A stretch of DNA of 61,694 nt, the filler included, from Choristocarpus tenellus KU-1152 (taxonomy: Eukaryota; Protista; Phaeophyceae), in NCBI GenBank assembly GCA_964200185.2. It is 10 parts of 10 records of this genome, joined end to end, with 100 filler letters (N's around TTAATTAATTAA, not from the genome) between each part and the next. Parts side by side here need not be neighbours in the genome. Positions count along the whole stretch, not along the records: positions 1 to 7,295 come from CAXNAD020006384.1; positions 7,396 to 15,766 come from CAXNAD020004796.1; 8 more parts are not named here. One strand, written 5' to 3'. The notes beneath the pieces are model-generated. The model was not told the origin of the DNA. It did not search any database and saw only the letters and a list, made by a program, of their open reading frames with translations. Below are positions 1 through 11,989 of the stretch, piece by piece (positions within the stretch are counted from its first letter, which is position 1; every line of letters begins with the position of its first letter). A program made the translations under genes and the position numbers.

Positions 1-668
1 CGTATACTGCTCGCGCCAGTCAAAGCGCGGGAAGAAATACTCGCGCTACTCGCCTGTAACAGACACTGACGACTTTGTCCTAGCCACTTGCATGGCGGTT
101 GAGTCGTTTAACTCCAACTCGAGGAGGACAACAACCAAAGAGAATGGTTACAAAGACAATACAGGGTAGTATTCAGACAAGGATAACACGAGGCGAAAGG
201 TGAGTATGTTGTCAGGACCAAATTGATGGTGAACACCGCATGTATGACGATGTACTTGTCTCTCCTGAAAGAAACCCCCTCCCACAGACTTGAGCAACAA
301 ATGGTTTTCCACAAGAGTAAACATGTTAGTAATAAGAGTGGGTCCCTTGTTCCAATATCACTAACCGAAATCACTGCCCCCCTTTTGTACGATCAGGTCA
401 TATTCCCACGGACAGAGGGATTCCCCACAGTCCTTGAGGTCCTCTTCACCAACATCCACCACAATTTTTTCCTTCACCCCAACACGACCATCCGGCAGAC
501 GCGGCAGTATATGCATTGCAAATCTCGCCTCCCAAAAGGCAACGCTGCCATGTCAATGGACTTCAGTTCCAACTTCCACACAACCACCAGGACTTGACAC
601 AACAAGAAGTTTTTAACCTATTATTGACAGCGCTCCTGACCATTGTTTGGTGGTTGAGGGACACGAGA

Positions 669-719
669 GAAGGGGGAAATCTGGGGAAGGGGGAAATCTG
701 GGGAAGGGAAGGATCTGGG
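669..719. repeat. 17-bp G-rich tandem repeat (AGGGGGAAATCTGGGGA, about 2.5-3 copies) inside the Sola2 remnant
   Basis: Direct repeats at 671 and 688 plus a degenerate third unit. Confidence 0.8.
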
Positions 720-816
720 CTCACAGCATTACGATATGTAGTGAAGACCGAAGCCAGGACAACGAGTTTGTTCAGAAAGCTGTGGAGATGTTTTTCAGCA
801 ACCACGTAATACCTTT

Positions 817-1337
817 GAGTAAAGGTATCTTAGAGGGCACGAACTTTTCCCTGTTTGTCCATTTGAGCCAAAGTATCTTAGAGGGTAGAGCTGCGTCCAT
901 TTGGGGGCCAAAATCCTATGTTGCGATTTCCATGTAATTTTAATAGTCTTATTTGTTTGAAAGTGTCAATATCCTTGTTCTGGACTCAACGTTTCATAAC
1001 GTATACATTTGACCAACTCCGAAATCTTTTGTAGTAGGGAAATGTAAAAAAAAAACATGGGAAGACAAGTCCCTAACGGACAAACTGGGCAAAACTCGCA
1101 CCCTCTAAGATACTTTCACTCTTTGGGGCTTGGCTTCCCACGGGTTTTTTTAATGACATTTTACCTAATCCGAAATGTTTCGGAGTAGGTAAAATATATA
1201 CGTTATGAAGAGGTGTATTTGGCACAAGGATATTGACACTTCCTAACTAACACGATAGCCAAAATTACATCAGAATTGCAACTCTAGATTTTGGCCCCCA
1301 AATGGACGCGGCTCTACCCTCTAAGATACTTTGACTG
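817..1337 (-). mobile_element. MITE family A, outer copy (TSD TTT), split by a nested copy
   Basis: Ends GAGTAAAGGTATCTTAGAGGG...CCCTCTAAGATACTTTGACTG; TTT at 814-816 and 1338-1340; 261 bp after removing the insert and one TSD. Strand is relative (+ = GAGCC end first). Confidence 0.9.
865..1121 (+). mobile_element. MITE family A, inner nested copy (TSD TTT), inverted relative to its host copy
   Basis: GAGCCAAAGTATCTTAGAGGGTA...CCCTCTAAGATACTTTCACTC; TTT at 862-864 and 1122-1124; removal restores GTCCATTTGGGGCTTGG seen in other copies. Confidence 0.92.
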
Positions 1338-2985
1338 TTTGGTCCGGGAATATGCGGAAGTCGATTCAAAACCGGTGGCAGATGTGGTGGGTTTCCCAAG
1401 CGATTGTGAGGATGGGGATCGCAGTAGTACACAACTTCTCCTCATGCCACAAAAAATCCGTGTCAGATGAAGTCGGACATGCGGTGAAGTCGGCTGCCAA
1501 GAGGCTCAAACTAAACGGGGTACGGATGCGGGGAACCTCGTCCTTGGTGGAGTAAATCAAGGCGATGAAGACACAGCACAAGTTGAGGGATCCAACGCCA
1601 GAGGAAAAGGGGTGACTCCATAGGGACCACAAGGTTTCTCCAGGACAGACTGTGGTTACCAAGGTCGGTACCCCCCCATCCATACACTCGACATCCCGAC
1701 TTTTTGCCATACGTATATTTTCAATAATATTCACATTTCCTGGTACATCCCTACACTCAACAACTACAAAATATTGAATCATAGTGATAATAGTCGCGGA
1801 GTTTCTATCACCTTTTGCATCAGGATCAACCTCAAAAAACAGAAATCCTTACGCTATATTCAACAGTATTTCCTCCCATTCGATCATTCTTTAAATTATG
1901 TCCTCGTACTCAACACAGTGAGGAGAATGTATCTCTAACTTTCCACCACACGACAACGCCATAGCCCTTAGGACCGGGTGGACAGCGACGGCAGAGTACA
2001 TAATAAGACATTGGCTAAATTACTCCGGAATGGTGCCGTCAGAAGGCAGCAGATAATTCACCTCCCATGTTACAAGATCGATTGGAAGGGGTGACACGAT
2101 CGTCACGTACCCCAGTTCAGCGGCATCAAATCTATGCACAGATTCTTCGCCAGTACACGTGCCAATGGTAACCCCTCTAAGGTCACGTACTCCAAGATGT
2201 CGTGCTACTGCACCAGCTGTTCGATTCACAATGTCGCATCTGCAAGTGGCAGGGCACTCACGTGCTTATATTGAAGGAGATCTACCTCGGATTTTCCCCC
2301 AAGGACAACATGGGTGACATGTACCTTAGGAGCCATCTCTCTAGGAAGAAGAGGCAGCTCGCAGTGGGGAATGTATGCATTGTGCGAACGGAGTCATCGG
2401 AATACAATGGGTTGGAGTTGTGCAAAATAGGACAATAGTGAGGTGTACCTTATATTGTGTATGAGAGATGTAACTAATGAAAGAGTACATCCGGATTATG
2501 AATGGGAATATGTATGGGTTATTATTCTGCATTCAACGACTTTGACATAACTATGGGCTTATGTATGAGGCACAAATAATAATAAACAAGCAATGAGAAG
2601 ACACCCCACAGAGGTCACTCTTCCAATTTTAACCATGAAATCACGATCATCAATGGGGAGCCGTGTGAGGCTTCACACCTTCTTGTCTTCATTACTGATA
2701 AATAGCATTTCCTCCCAAGGTAAATTGCACAGGTTATGAGCCTTAGTAGTATTGAGAAAAGGAGCAGGTGATGGGCCTCAACGACATGAAGAAGTTGCCC
2801 AACTGGACTGGAGCACCAGCACGACAAGTGGAGACTTGGATAACATGGAGATTATCTCTGGTGGTTTCTGCCAGCGAAAGGGTCTATAAGACATTCTGCA
2901 GCGAGAATACATCGTCCTGAACTTATGAAGGCACTGACGGAAAAGGAACGAACATCGCACTAGAACTGCGAAAGAGGAATCAATG

Positions 2986-3102
2986 AAGGATGCGTGGAGG
3001 ACAAGATTCCCGTACAGCTCAGTAAAGGACGCAAGGAGGACGAGATCCCTGTGCAGCTCAACGGAGGACGCGCGGAGGACTAGATCCCCGTGCAGCTCAT
3101 CA
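2986..3102. repeat. 39-bp tandem repeat, 3 copies
   Basis: Units start at 2986, 3025 and 3064 (approximately AAGGACGCGxGGAGGACxAGATCCCCGTGCAGCTCA). Confidence 0.9.
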
Positions 3103-3194
3103 CAAGACCCGATATAAGATACAGGAAGCTGAAACGGGCAATAGTCTCATCATCGTCATACCAACAAAGTGGACCTACACCTTCAACAAAAATG

Positions 3195-3845
3195 GGAAGC
3201 TGGAGGCTAAGGAGACATGGGATATGGTACAATCAATAACGAGCAAGAACTGGAGGTCAAGGGGGATACTTTGGGTACCTGGTATGCCATTCGGAATATT
3301 GAGCACTGGGACCCTGTGACAAGATGGAGATTATCGAGGCAATGCAGCCGGAGCTGCAACCCTGAGGCTGAGTCTCAGCCTCAGCCACAATAATCTGCCT
3401 ATGGACCTGGAGCAGTTGTCACAACACTTGTCCCTGAAGGAGGCACGCCCATAGATTGGAGACCCCAAGATTCTTGCTTACGGAATGAGAAAAGCAATTG
3501 CTGTGCCTGCCACTAGGGGAGGAGGACATTAGCAGGAGCAGTAACTAAGCCTCCACCAGAAGGGAAAGGTGGAGCTAACCTCGGGGAGCCTGGGAGCACT
3601 CTAGACGCTGGGACCATAAACTCATGGAAGAGAACACAGAAGGTCAGCAGAGGAGGCGGCCAAGGTACAACTGGTCAATGTACGGATCATACTACAACAG
3701 GATCCCCTTACCAGAGACGAGATCAGGAGCAATAGAAGATATTTAAACTGTGGACTGATCAAGAATATTGGTCCTTATTCTTTCAAAGGAATATGCTACA
3801 AATGTGGAGGTAAAGGACACCTTCAGATCGATTTTCGTCAGAGGA
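3195..3845 (+). mobile_element. Degenerate LTR-retrotransposon gag remnant (copia-like) with decayed zinc knuckle
   Basis: 3782-3841 reads FKGICYKCGGKGHLQIDFRQ (CX2CX4HX4C with the last C changed to F); EAKETWDMVQ near 3203 resembles the gag AKExWD motif; many stops. Confidence 0.55.
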
Positions 3846-4882
3846 GAGCGATACCGTCTAAACAGGTGGAGGAATTAGCCGGACCAGGGTTGGAGCCAGA
3901 AAAGATAAACAGAAGAAGGTTGTCAGCAAGGGGCTGCTTGCACAAGACTTGTAAGTCTGGGGAGTAAATTGTTAAAAAATTTGGCTACTCATTTGTTTCT
4001 ACTTGATATGATACAACAACTACCAGCTTGCACTGACTGTTGATTGGTGCACTGCACTGGTTGTTATTGTCCATTTATTTATTGCGCATCCCAATTCGTC
4101 ATCACATCGATGACAGAAGATATAAGTATATCATCAGTTGATATTCAGTTGATACACATCACAAACAGGAACATCATAGCACACGTCATCCAAGTTCCTT
4201 CGGAACTTGTTCCGAACGCATTCCACTGTTACCTTCTGATTTTTTTCTCTTTGTTGTTTTCTGTCATCTCTGTTCTTCTTTTATCAGTAAAAAGAGCCCA
4301 GATGCAAGTTAATTGTTGGTTATTATTTTTTCATTGGTTGTCATTGCCCCCTCTGAGCGCCTCAAGCTCACTCGGCAATAGTGCCCCTAACGCACACTTG
4401 GATGTAATAATACAGAGTTAAAACCATCTACGGAAACTCTTGCCAGCCGAGGTAACAAACCCCTCCTCAGAGCATGGACTTCTTTCGTTGAGTATCTCAT
4501 GAAATAACACTGGATTCGCATCACATCATTCTTGACTGAGAGATCAATGACTTCAGACGCAACAGAACAAATCCATCAGTGCTTTGCATCACAACCACAT
4601 CTACTCATACCACAGACTACGTATTTTACTCATTGGTGATTTACAACACCATGATTCCTCTTCACTTGTGGTCTATGCATTTCGCTTACATGTACAATGC
4701 ATTCGATTCAGGTTTCAACGTCAATTGTGGAACTTGGGCTCAAGATTTGCCAATTTCTTTCGTCCGACCAAGATGTCTTGGGGTGATTTCGATTCTTCAT
4801 TTTCCGAATCCTCGTCATTTCACTAGGATAGCCCTTTGTTACTTGCACTTGAGGGGTTCTCGATATCGTATATCCTACCCAT

Positions 4883-4950
4883 GGCCAAAATATCTTTGGG
4901 GGAGGGGGGGGGGGGTCTGCACTTGGTGCGTTCATTTGGACCCTTACCAA
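4883..4950. mobile_element. Terminus of a longer element related to MITE family B
   Basis: GGCCAAAATATCTTTGGGGGAGGG..GTCTGCACTTGGTGCGTTCATTTGGACCCT aligns with the 21729 end of MITE B, then diverges into unique sequence. Confidence 0.6.
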
Positions 4951-5899
4951 GTGTTGGAAAAATGGTATGAAAGTGTTGGGAAAATAGCATATTCGAGTGT
5001 CTTTAGTCGTGAAGTGTTGGTCTTGTTTCAAAGAAATGTGGCATATTCTGCACCTAGGGTATGTACTGAGTGCATAGATTTAGATGGAACTGTACGATGA
5101 TGTTGCAGAAGTATCCTTTTTGTAGGTGTATTTCTCTGGAGTCGGATGTTTCGATGTTTTGTGGTGAAGTGTGGGTTGTAGAGGTTATCTCTGGTAGATT
5201 TATCGCCTTGATAGAGTTGGGCTAGGGTTATGAAGTACTGGAGGTTATGTCATATGCAGCATAAGCAATATCTGTTAGTTAATTGACCTGGGGGCCTCGT
5301 CAACATCTGAGGGCGTGAAGGTAGACTACCTGTGGGTTCTATGTACTAGGGGATGGGAGGGGATGAGTTTGCAGGTATATATTCGCCTTTGTATATTTTA
5401 GAGGTATGTAATTATGTCCTATATAGAGCGCAGAATGTCAAATCAATGTCGTAAAGTGCGATATCCAGGAGAGACAAATGCGCGCTCGCTCGTTGTTGAT
5501 TGTGTCCATATATATATTTAGGGTACAAGCAGTGCTGCATGTAAAAGACCCCATTAGAAAAGGAGACATTCATTCTGTTGTATTGTTTATTTCTTTGTGG
5601 TGTGAGATCTGCTTTTTTAACAAACACAAAAATATGAAATTCCGATGTTAATATTCTATTCATATATTTCAAAATATACTATGGCATATACCAGTAGTCA
5701 TAAGGAAATAGTTGACCAAGACACAGGTTCTAAAATTAATAATGAATAAATGAAAAATGAACCGCCTCAACAAAGTCCGACCTCAAATATGATAGAACAG
5801 CATGGTAAGCATGATGTATTGGATGAATGAAGGGAAGGGTTGACACACAACTACGGATTGCAAAAGAATGTAGCGTGTCCAATGCGCTGTGTCCTCCCT

Positions 5900-7180
5900 T
5901 CCATATTCAATTAATCTGAGACTGGTCCACAACCAGGACATTGGCTCCACGTTAGGCTTTGTACTGTATCGTTGTCCAAGAAGTTGGATATTTCGCACCA
6001 CGCCATTCTCCTATTTCACCTCATAGGGGTAGCAGACTCGCTCCTCTCCCACTATCTGCGTGTGTCGGGGCTGGTATTTGGTGACGGTCCCTCGCATCCA
6101 CTGATTGTCCATTCGAAAGTACAGTCCTCCGTCCCTGACTCTTGAAGAAAGTGTCCCTTCCCCGTCCAAATCCGACACAACTCTCACTAATGGTTCCAGG
6201 AGGATGTATGTCTCGATATCCTTCTCCTCCTCTCTACAGTTCGCCTCTAGAGTCATCCGCGCCCGGCGTTCGTTGGCACGCTCGGCGGAAGTCTTACCGC
6301 GGTCCCTCTTCTTCTTCTCCCGTAGTTGTTCGACCCCCTCCTCGATCTCGCCCTCTGTCATGAACAACCTCAGCCCAGGCGGCAAGGAGGTCTCACCACG
6401 TTCACCTTGGTAACACACAGAGTAAATACATTCCTCAGAATCGTCTGTGCCAACGTGGTGGACTTGTCCCCGGACGATAGCATCCCCACTCCTGCATAGG
6501 ATGGAAGTGGTACCTCGGCCGAACTTGGCATTGGATGAGTCTCCACGTCTGCGTTGTCTTGAGAAGCGAACAGGTATCCTGCCAAGGGATTGCCAATTGG
6601 ATTCCGTAGTGAATCTCTGGTTATGTCCAGGGAGGATGATGTACGTATCGTCGAGGTTGCTACGACGAAGGTTTGTGAAGTCAGGGTCGAGGATATAGCC
6701 TGAAGGGGGATGACACAGGGACCCAGTTGAGCGACCTCCAGAGCAACCACGATTTTTTGTGTTAATTGGGTTTGGATAACAGGTTAGACCCTGAAGACCA
6801 TCGTGTGTGAGACAGCAGTGTTCGTAGTGGAGAGGTGTTGGATGATGTTTGTGATATGAACGGAACGAACAAACAACGCGTGAACTTGAAGGGAAAAATT
6901 CTACAGAGAATAATTCCAGTTAGAATCATGTTTTGTAAAATTCTCTTACAGATGTGATTGTGATGCTATAAAATCATACAAGTTTTCGATTGTACAACAA
7001 CAGAATAATACTTCGTAAAATCTACCTAGCTCACCCAATCCAGACGTGAGAGCCGAACTGTCGGCACTCCATCGATAAAACTGGCGGTCAACATCTCGAA
7101 GTCTTCCCTGACAAACACCACCTCATCGCCAGCATTGAACATCCCTCCGTAGCTGGAATGGTCCCTGGCGTTCCATCTAA
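5900..7180 (-). pseudogene. Spliced, TE-associated pseudo-ORF with two Tudor-like beta-barrel segments
   Basis: Stop-free frame 6919 to 6014 (about 300 codons, longer than the tracked ORF), continuing past one TAG (6013-6011) as ENGVVRNIQLLGQRYSTKP..SWLW. An upstream exon ending at 7035 (TGG|GTGAGC) joins in phase to the CAG acceptor at 6791. Segments IVRGQVHHV..IYSVCY..MTEGEIEEGV and LYFRMDNQWMRGTVTKY..YEVK look Tudor-like. Confidence 0.5.
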
Positions 7181-7243
7181 TGATCTACTTCTGATGTACA
7201 GTGAACGGCAGGAACTCCTATGCAATTTACCTTGGGAGGTGAT

Positions 7244-7295
7244 GAGCCAAAGTATCTTAGAGGGTAGAGCCGCGTCCATTTGGGGGCCAAAGTCG
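7244..7295 (+). mobile_element. MITE family A, truncated by contig end
   Basis: GAGCCAAAGTATCTTAGAGGGTAGAGCCGCGTCCATTTGGGGGCC. Confidence 0.9.
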
Positions 7296-7395
7296 NNNNN
7301 NNNNNNNNNNNNNNNNNNNNNNNNNNNNNNNNNNNNNNNTTAATTAATTAANNNNNNNNNNNNNNNNNNNNNNNNNNNNNNNNNNNNNNNNNNNN
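7296..7395. other. Artificial contig spacer N44-TTAATTAATTAA-N44
   Basis: Identical 100-bp spacers with stops in all six frames also at 15767-15866, 21604-21703, 24581-24680, 33615-33714, 41342-41441, 50810-50909, 53996-54095 and 57379-57478. Confidence 0.98.
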
Positions 7396-10300
7396 CCCCT
7401 CCAGAACCTGACAAACCTGTAGGTGGCAGACCCGTTAACTCCCCCACCAGGCGCTGAGACGCGGGCACAGAGGTAGCACCCATCTGGGATCGACCTCCTG
7501 GCGAAGGTGTGGTTGAGCGAGAATGAGCATGCGTCGCAATGCTGCTCTCCATCAACCCCCCCCCCATAATCAAACCCATACCCCCAGCAGCTGCTCCTAT
7601 CGGAACAGGCTTCCTGTCCCGCCCCCTCCTCCCTACAGAACCACCCTGGGAGGCATTCGGTGCTGCCACCACCATTGCCGCTGCCTCAACCTCCCTTCCT
7701 TCACCCACTTTCCCTCTCCCTGTTAACAGAGGCTTGGCCTTTGTGTTTCCATTTGCTGCATCCCTACCCTTTGGCACACTTGCCAATGCACCATGTGTAG
7801 GTGCAGCTCTTGGCTCGGAGTCAACCCCCAACAACTCATCAGGAGTTCCTGACTCCCCAAAACCAGCTGCTGCTACAGCAGCAGGTATAGCGAGGTTGCC
7901 ACCTTGACCATTGGTCATTCGTAGTGAAAACAAGGATCCTTCTGAGGATACAGGCGATATAGAGTCACCGGAATAATTGGGTTCGAGCGGCCTTCTGGAA
8001 GGTACTGCTGGTGCCCTTGGAGCTGGAAAGGATCTAGCTGGCTGAGGCACAGGAGCAGCAGTATAAGCAGGTGGGGCAACAAGCCTTTGGGGCTGTTCTT
8101 CAAGAATTCTCACCTCCTTGCCATCACGCCCACCAACACGGAGTTCCCCACCCTTCTTCGAAACATTTGATGTTCCATTGCTGTTGCAGTTAGGAGTGGA
8201 AAGAGTTAGCCCCCACCGTGTATCAGACATGCTCCTCTCAGCCATCTGTTCTACCCCCAGAGGTGCTGTGGCGCCCTTAGTCAAGCTCTTACTAGCTGTG
8301 GACTCCTCAGGAGAACGGGATGAGGTGGATGAGGAGGGCCAAGCAGCAGCAAAAGGACTAGGACCTGCCCCACCTAAAACGATAGGGGGGGAAGATGGAG
8401 AAGCAATGTTAGGCATTGAATACCCCCTCCCGTGAGTTGGAGGCCGATGCTGTGGCTCCTTCCTCAAGCTTCGTCCACCGTTGCTTGCAGTGTCTACTAT
8501 TTTACAATCAGCATCGGCCCTACTTTCTTGACTGCAGTCAGAGTCCATACGATCTGCCAACTCATATTCCTCTATCCCTATCATCCACTGCTTTGAGGTG
8601 ATAAGCTCTTGCCTCATTTCCCTCCTCTCTTCCTCCATCATGTCAGGAGGGATGAGGCCACTGTTGCTCCGCCGAACCGGTGACTTCTTCCCTACCCCAA
8701 GTGTAACTGCCAATCCAGCTCCATCCACTGCTCGGTCTTGCCCGTTTGTATGATGGGCACCTTGACTCTGCAGCATCGATACCCGCTCTTCCAATTTAGC
8801 TTGGCTCACCCGCTGCCGATTAATCCTCCCCTCAGTCAATGTCAACTCAGCCACTGTCTTCACACCCACAGATGAGGCTGACATTGGTCTTGCTGCTATC
8901 TCCTGAGCATGCTTTGCTGAACTCTCTTCTTTCACCCCCACATTTGGATGTGTCTTGTTAGCCCCATCCCCATCCTTGCTGGTACCACCACCAGGTATTT
9001 TTGAGTCCTTAGAGTGTGTTCCACCCACCCCCACCTTCCCACTCTTGTTGATCGACCATTTATCACACCCCCGCTGGGAGGCAGGTACTTGAACCACCCT
9101 GCCATTGGCACCAACCGCTCCTCCACCCTCTCCTCTGTGCCCCCTGGGTTGTGGCATGTCACTCTCCCTCTGATTGCAGGGCCTGAGGTTATCGAGGTTG
9201 TAGAGCTGCTGCTGTGGTCGCATCTCAGGCAGGGAGGGAAGTTCCTTATTCTGGTCCCTGCTCTTATTTCTGAGCTGCACGTACTGATACTCTGGTGATA
9301 GCACTTCATTTGCAGTGTCTCCCAAAGGAGTTGTTTCCATCTTCTTTGCATTCCTCCAGGATGGTTCCCCCCCCCAACCTCCTTCCTCCCCTGCTGCATC
9401 ATTCCCAACAGTCTCTCCTCTGACACCTTTGCATAAGCATTTGGCAATGACCTCTTCTCGGCAGGTGTTCAGGGTGGGTGTCCTAGAAGGTGAACGCCTT
9501 TCTGCACTATCCTCAGATTTGTGATGATGAGTCAAGGAACCCGAGGGTTCCTCCCCTACCCATGCCCCTGCCCCAACCACCTCTGCCATACCTTGAATGA
9601 ACCTTGGCATTCCCCCAGAGACAGAGGGGGCAGTATTGACAGACAGGGCAACAACTCTTGGCATAGCAATTACACTGCCTTTACCAGACTCCCCAACAGA
9701 GGTATTTACAACACTTGAGGTCACCATCGGCATGTCAGGTCCCTTGGTGGGGGCAGACAAAGTATCATTTAGTGGATTTGTAGCAATAGTTGCCCTTAGG
9801 ACTGTGGAATCTGGGACTCCAGCTGATGCTGAAACTGCTTCTGCAGTAGTGGAAGTACAAGGTGTACCTTCAAACTCAGGGAAGGCAGAACGCACTGAAT
9901 CAAGGGGGGAAGCTCGCATCATCTTCCCTTGCGGAACTGATACAGATGCGGGGCGATTTCTGCGGCGTCCTGGACATTTACCCTCACCACCACTTCATTA
10001 ATGCAAAGGTGTCAGATCACGTGTGGAGTAGTTTGGGGGGAGGGAGGAAGAGATGATTTTTCACATAGTGATGTTACTTCAAGTAAAAACATGTACTTCA
10101 TATATATACTTCAATTGTACTATTCTATTATTAGTGTATAAACATGAAGGGAAGCAAAGCATCACAAGTATAGCTCAATATACATCCCTACAATATAGCT
10201 CTACATCGAAAATAAAAACCAGAAAAATGCCTGCACAGTAGGAAAAGGAGCTGTTGAGCCTATGGGCATATTGACAGCAGAGACAGGAGGAGAGAGGGGA

Positions 10301-11287
10301 GTGGGAGGCGTGCACGTTCACAATACACAACTAATCCATCCTCACCAGATAACTCCGAAGTACAAAAATATCCACACAAGATATATTCTTGCTAAGATGA
10401 AGCCATAACCTCAACAGTAGGAAAATGGAGACTCCTCATCCACAGCATTGTACAAAAAAACAAAACTGCTCCCTTTCCACAATCATCCAGTCTTACAAAA
10501 ACTCTGAATATACAGCATCTTACTACTACCACTACAAAACCACCCCAGGATAAAGTACATCAGAAATACACCTTCTCTTCATTATCTCATGGTATCGCCA
10601 CCCCCTATCCCCTCCCACCCCAACCACCCCCCCACTGGAGATCTTACATCGTCAATATCACCACCACCACTACCACCACCACATCAACTCTCCCACTCAC
10701 CTATCTCGACATCTTCCCAGTGGTCCCGTGCTCAACTCCTCCTCAAGCACACCCGTTGTTTGAGACCTCCTATACTTCCTGCCTGACCAGTCACCCCAGA
10801 TAGCCTGGACAGTCTCCCCGCTTCCACCGTTCCTCGTCCCATTCTCCACCAACTGGTTCCCACCCTTACCACCACATCTACCACCACCCTTACCACCACC
10901 CTTGCCCCCTTGTCTTCTCCTACCAATCCTAGAACCCAATTCTTCCAACCTCCGGTTTGTGCTGACCCTTGACTGGTCATGGCTTTTGCTTGAACGACGC
11001 TTGCCTATCTCACTACGTTGCGAGGGCCTCTTCCCTCCATGAATGGAAGGAAGGTAGTCCAGGATTGGTATTAGTGGTGTGCAGTTGGGTGCATCAGGAG
11101 CCAATTGTTGCAAAAGGTTTGGCATAGAAGCAGTAGGATGAGCAATTCAAGTCTGAGCCTAGAATCAGTCATACCACTCGCAAGGGCTCACCGAGTTGCG
11201 GGGGGTTTGCGTGAACTCTGCAGCTTCAGCAGCCTCTGCTTCATCTGTGTCCATATCATCAGAAGATGACCAAAGGTGATCATTTGC
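7396..11287 (-). CDS. Partial gene for a large Ser/Gly/Pro-rich, probably disordered protein; predicted exons 11287-11192, 11029-10701, 9992 to contig end at 7396
   Basis: About 865-codon stop-free frame running to the contig end; upstream exons with GTGAG donors (11191, 10700) join in matching phase (0, then 2). No recognisable domain. The large exon is well supported, the small exons less so. Confidence 0.7.
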
Positions 11288-11989
11288 CTGTTCCACCATG
11301 TCACCGCAGAAATTCAGACATGAGAACAAGGGTGGGAAGACCAGGCAAGTTACCCCAGTTGAACAGAGGAAGGGGGGCGGGGGTGGGGGGTTAGAGGTAG
11401 AAAGAAGATCCTTTCAGAAGTATTGTACATTTCATCTATAGTTCACCACCTTTCTTTTCCTCAATGTTTCCTCTTCTCAGTGAGGCTTGTAGATTAGAAG
11501 AGTAATCGCCTCAGTGCCACATATGGTCATCTTCGTGCTTGACTAATGCCACAAAAAATGGCCCATGCAATTACAATCACAACCACAACCACTGTGTACA
11601 GCAGGTAGGTACATCATCAGGTACCCAATACATGGGAAGGCAAGGGACAACATTGACAGCTTTAACTAGATTAACTTTCTTATATAAAGGGTGCCACCAA
11701 AAAAAATACGACCCCACCCACATAAACAGACTTTGTCTTTTCCGTCAATGTTATTAAATTCACTTATTCAGAAATGGTGGCATCCGCGTATTGATGAGCA
11801 TGATCTAAATCTTGCCTCAACATCGCCATGCCAAGAACAATTTACTTTTAAAAGATCAAACCAACTTTTTGAGAGGTGTGCTTTTGTCGGGGTGAGTTGG
11901 AGCTTTGCAACAACACCTCAGCCGATGTGTACGACATCACTGATTCTCCAGGACAGGTTGGAATATGGAGGACAGTTTGTTTGAACAAA

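Larger units (their letters stand above)
1..2440 (+). pseudogene. Degenerate Sola2-like DDD transposase with predicted introns, interrupted by nested MITEs
   Basis: Ordered motifs typical of Sola2: HHNFFLH..RQTRQY..CKSRLPKGNAAMSMDFSSNF (about 457-578, cf. DFAENY); WS..CGSRFK/NRWQ (about 1340-1385, cf. WSDGCxxQFKN); HNFSSCHKKSVSDEVGHAVKSAA (cf. NFFxxxHGKxxxDGxGGxVK); GIKSMHRF..SKMSCYCTSC (about 2120-2220). Frameshifts and stops present. Predicted phase-0 introns 325-396 and 1664-1971. Confidence 0.7.

Noticed and set aside
2986-3102. 39-bp repeats (and the 111-bp and 240-bp arrays) as CRISPR
   Set aside because: Contiguous tandem units with no unique spacers, no cas genes, eukaryotic context.
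4191-4216. Two overlapping 8-bp hairpins (CAAGTTCC/GGAACTTG and TTCGGAAC/GTTCCGAA) as a terminator or Helitron end
   Set aside because: No U-tract or CTRR end follows; probably a local template-switch product.
7523-10056. Numerous plus-strand ORFs overlapping the 860-aa frame
   Set aside because: Antisense shadows of a GC-rich coding exon. Most other 60-130 aa ORFs in the track are likewise chance frames in introns or repeats.
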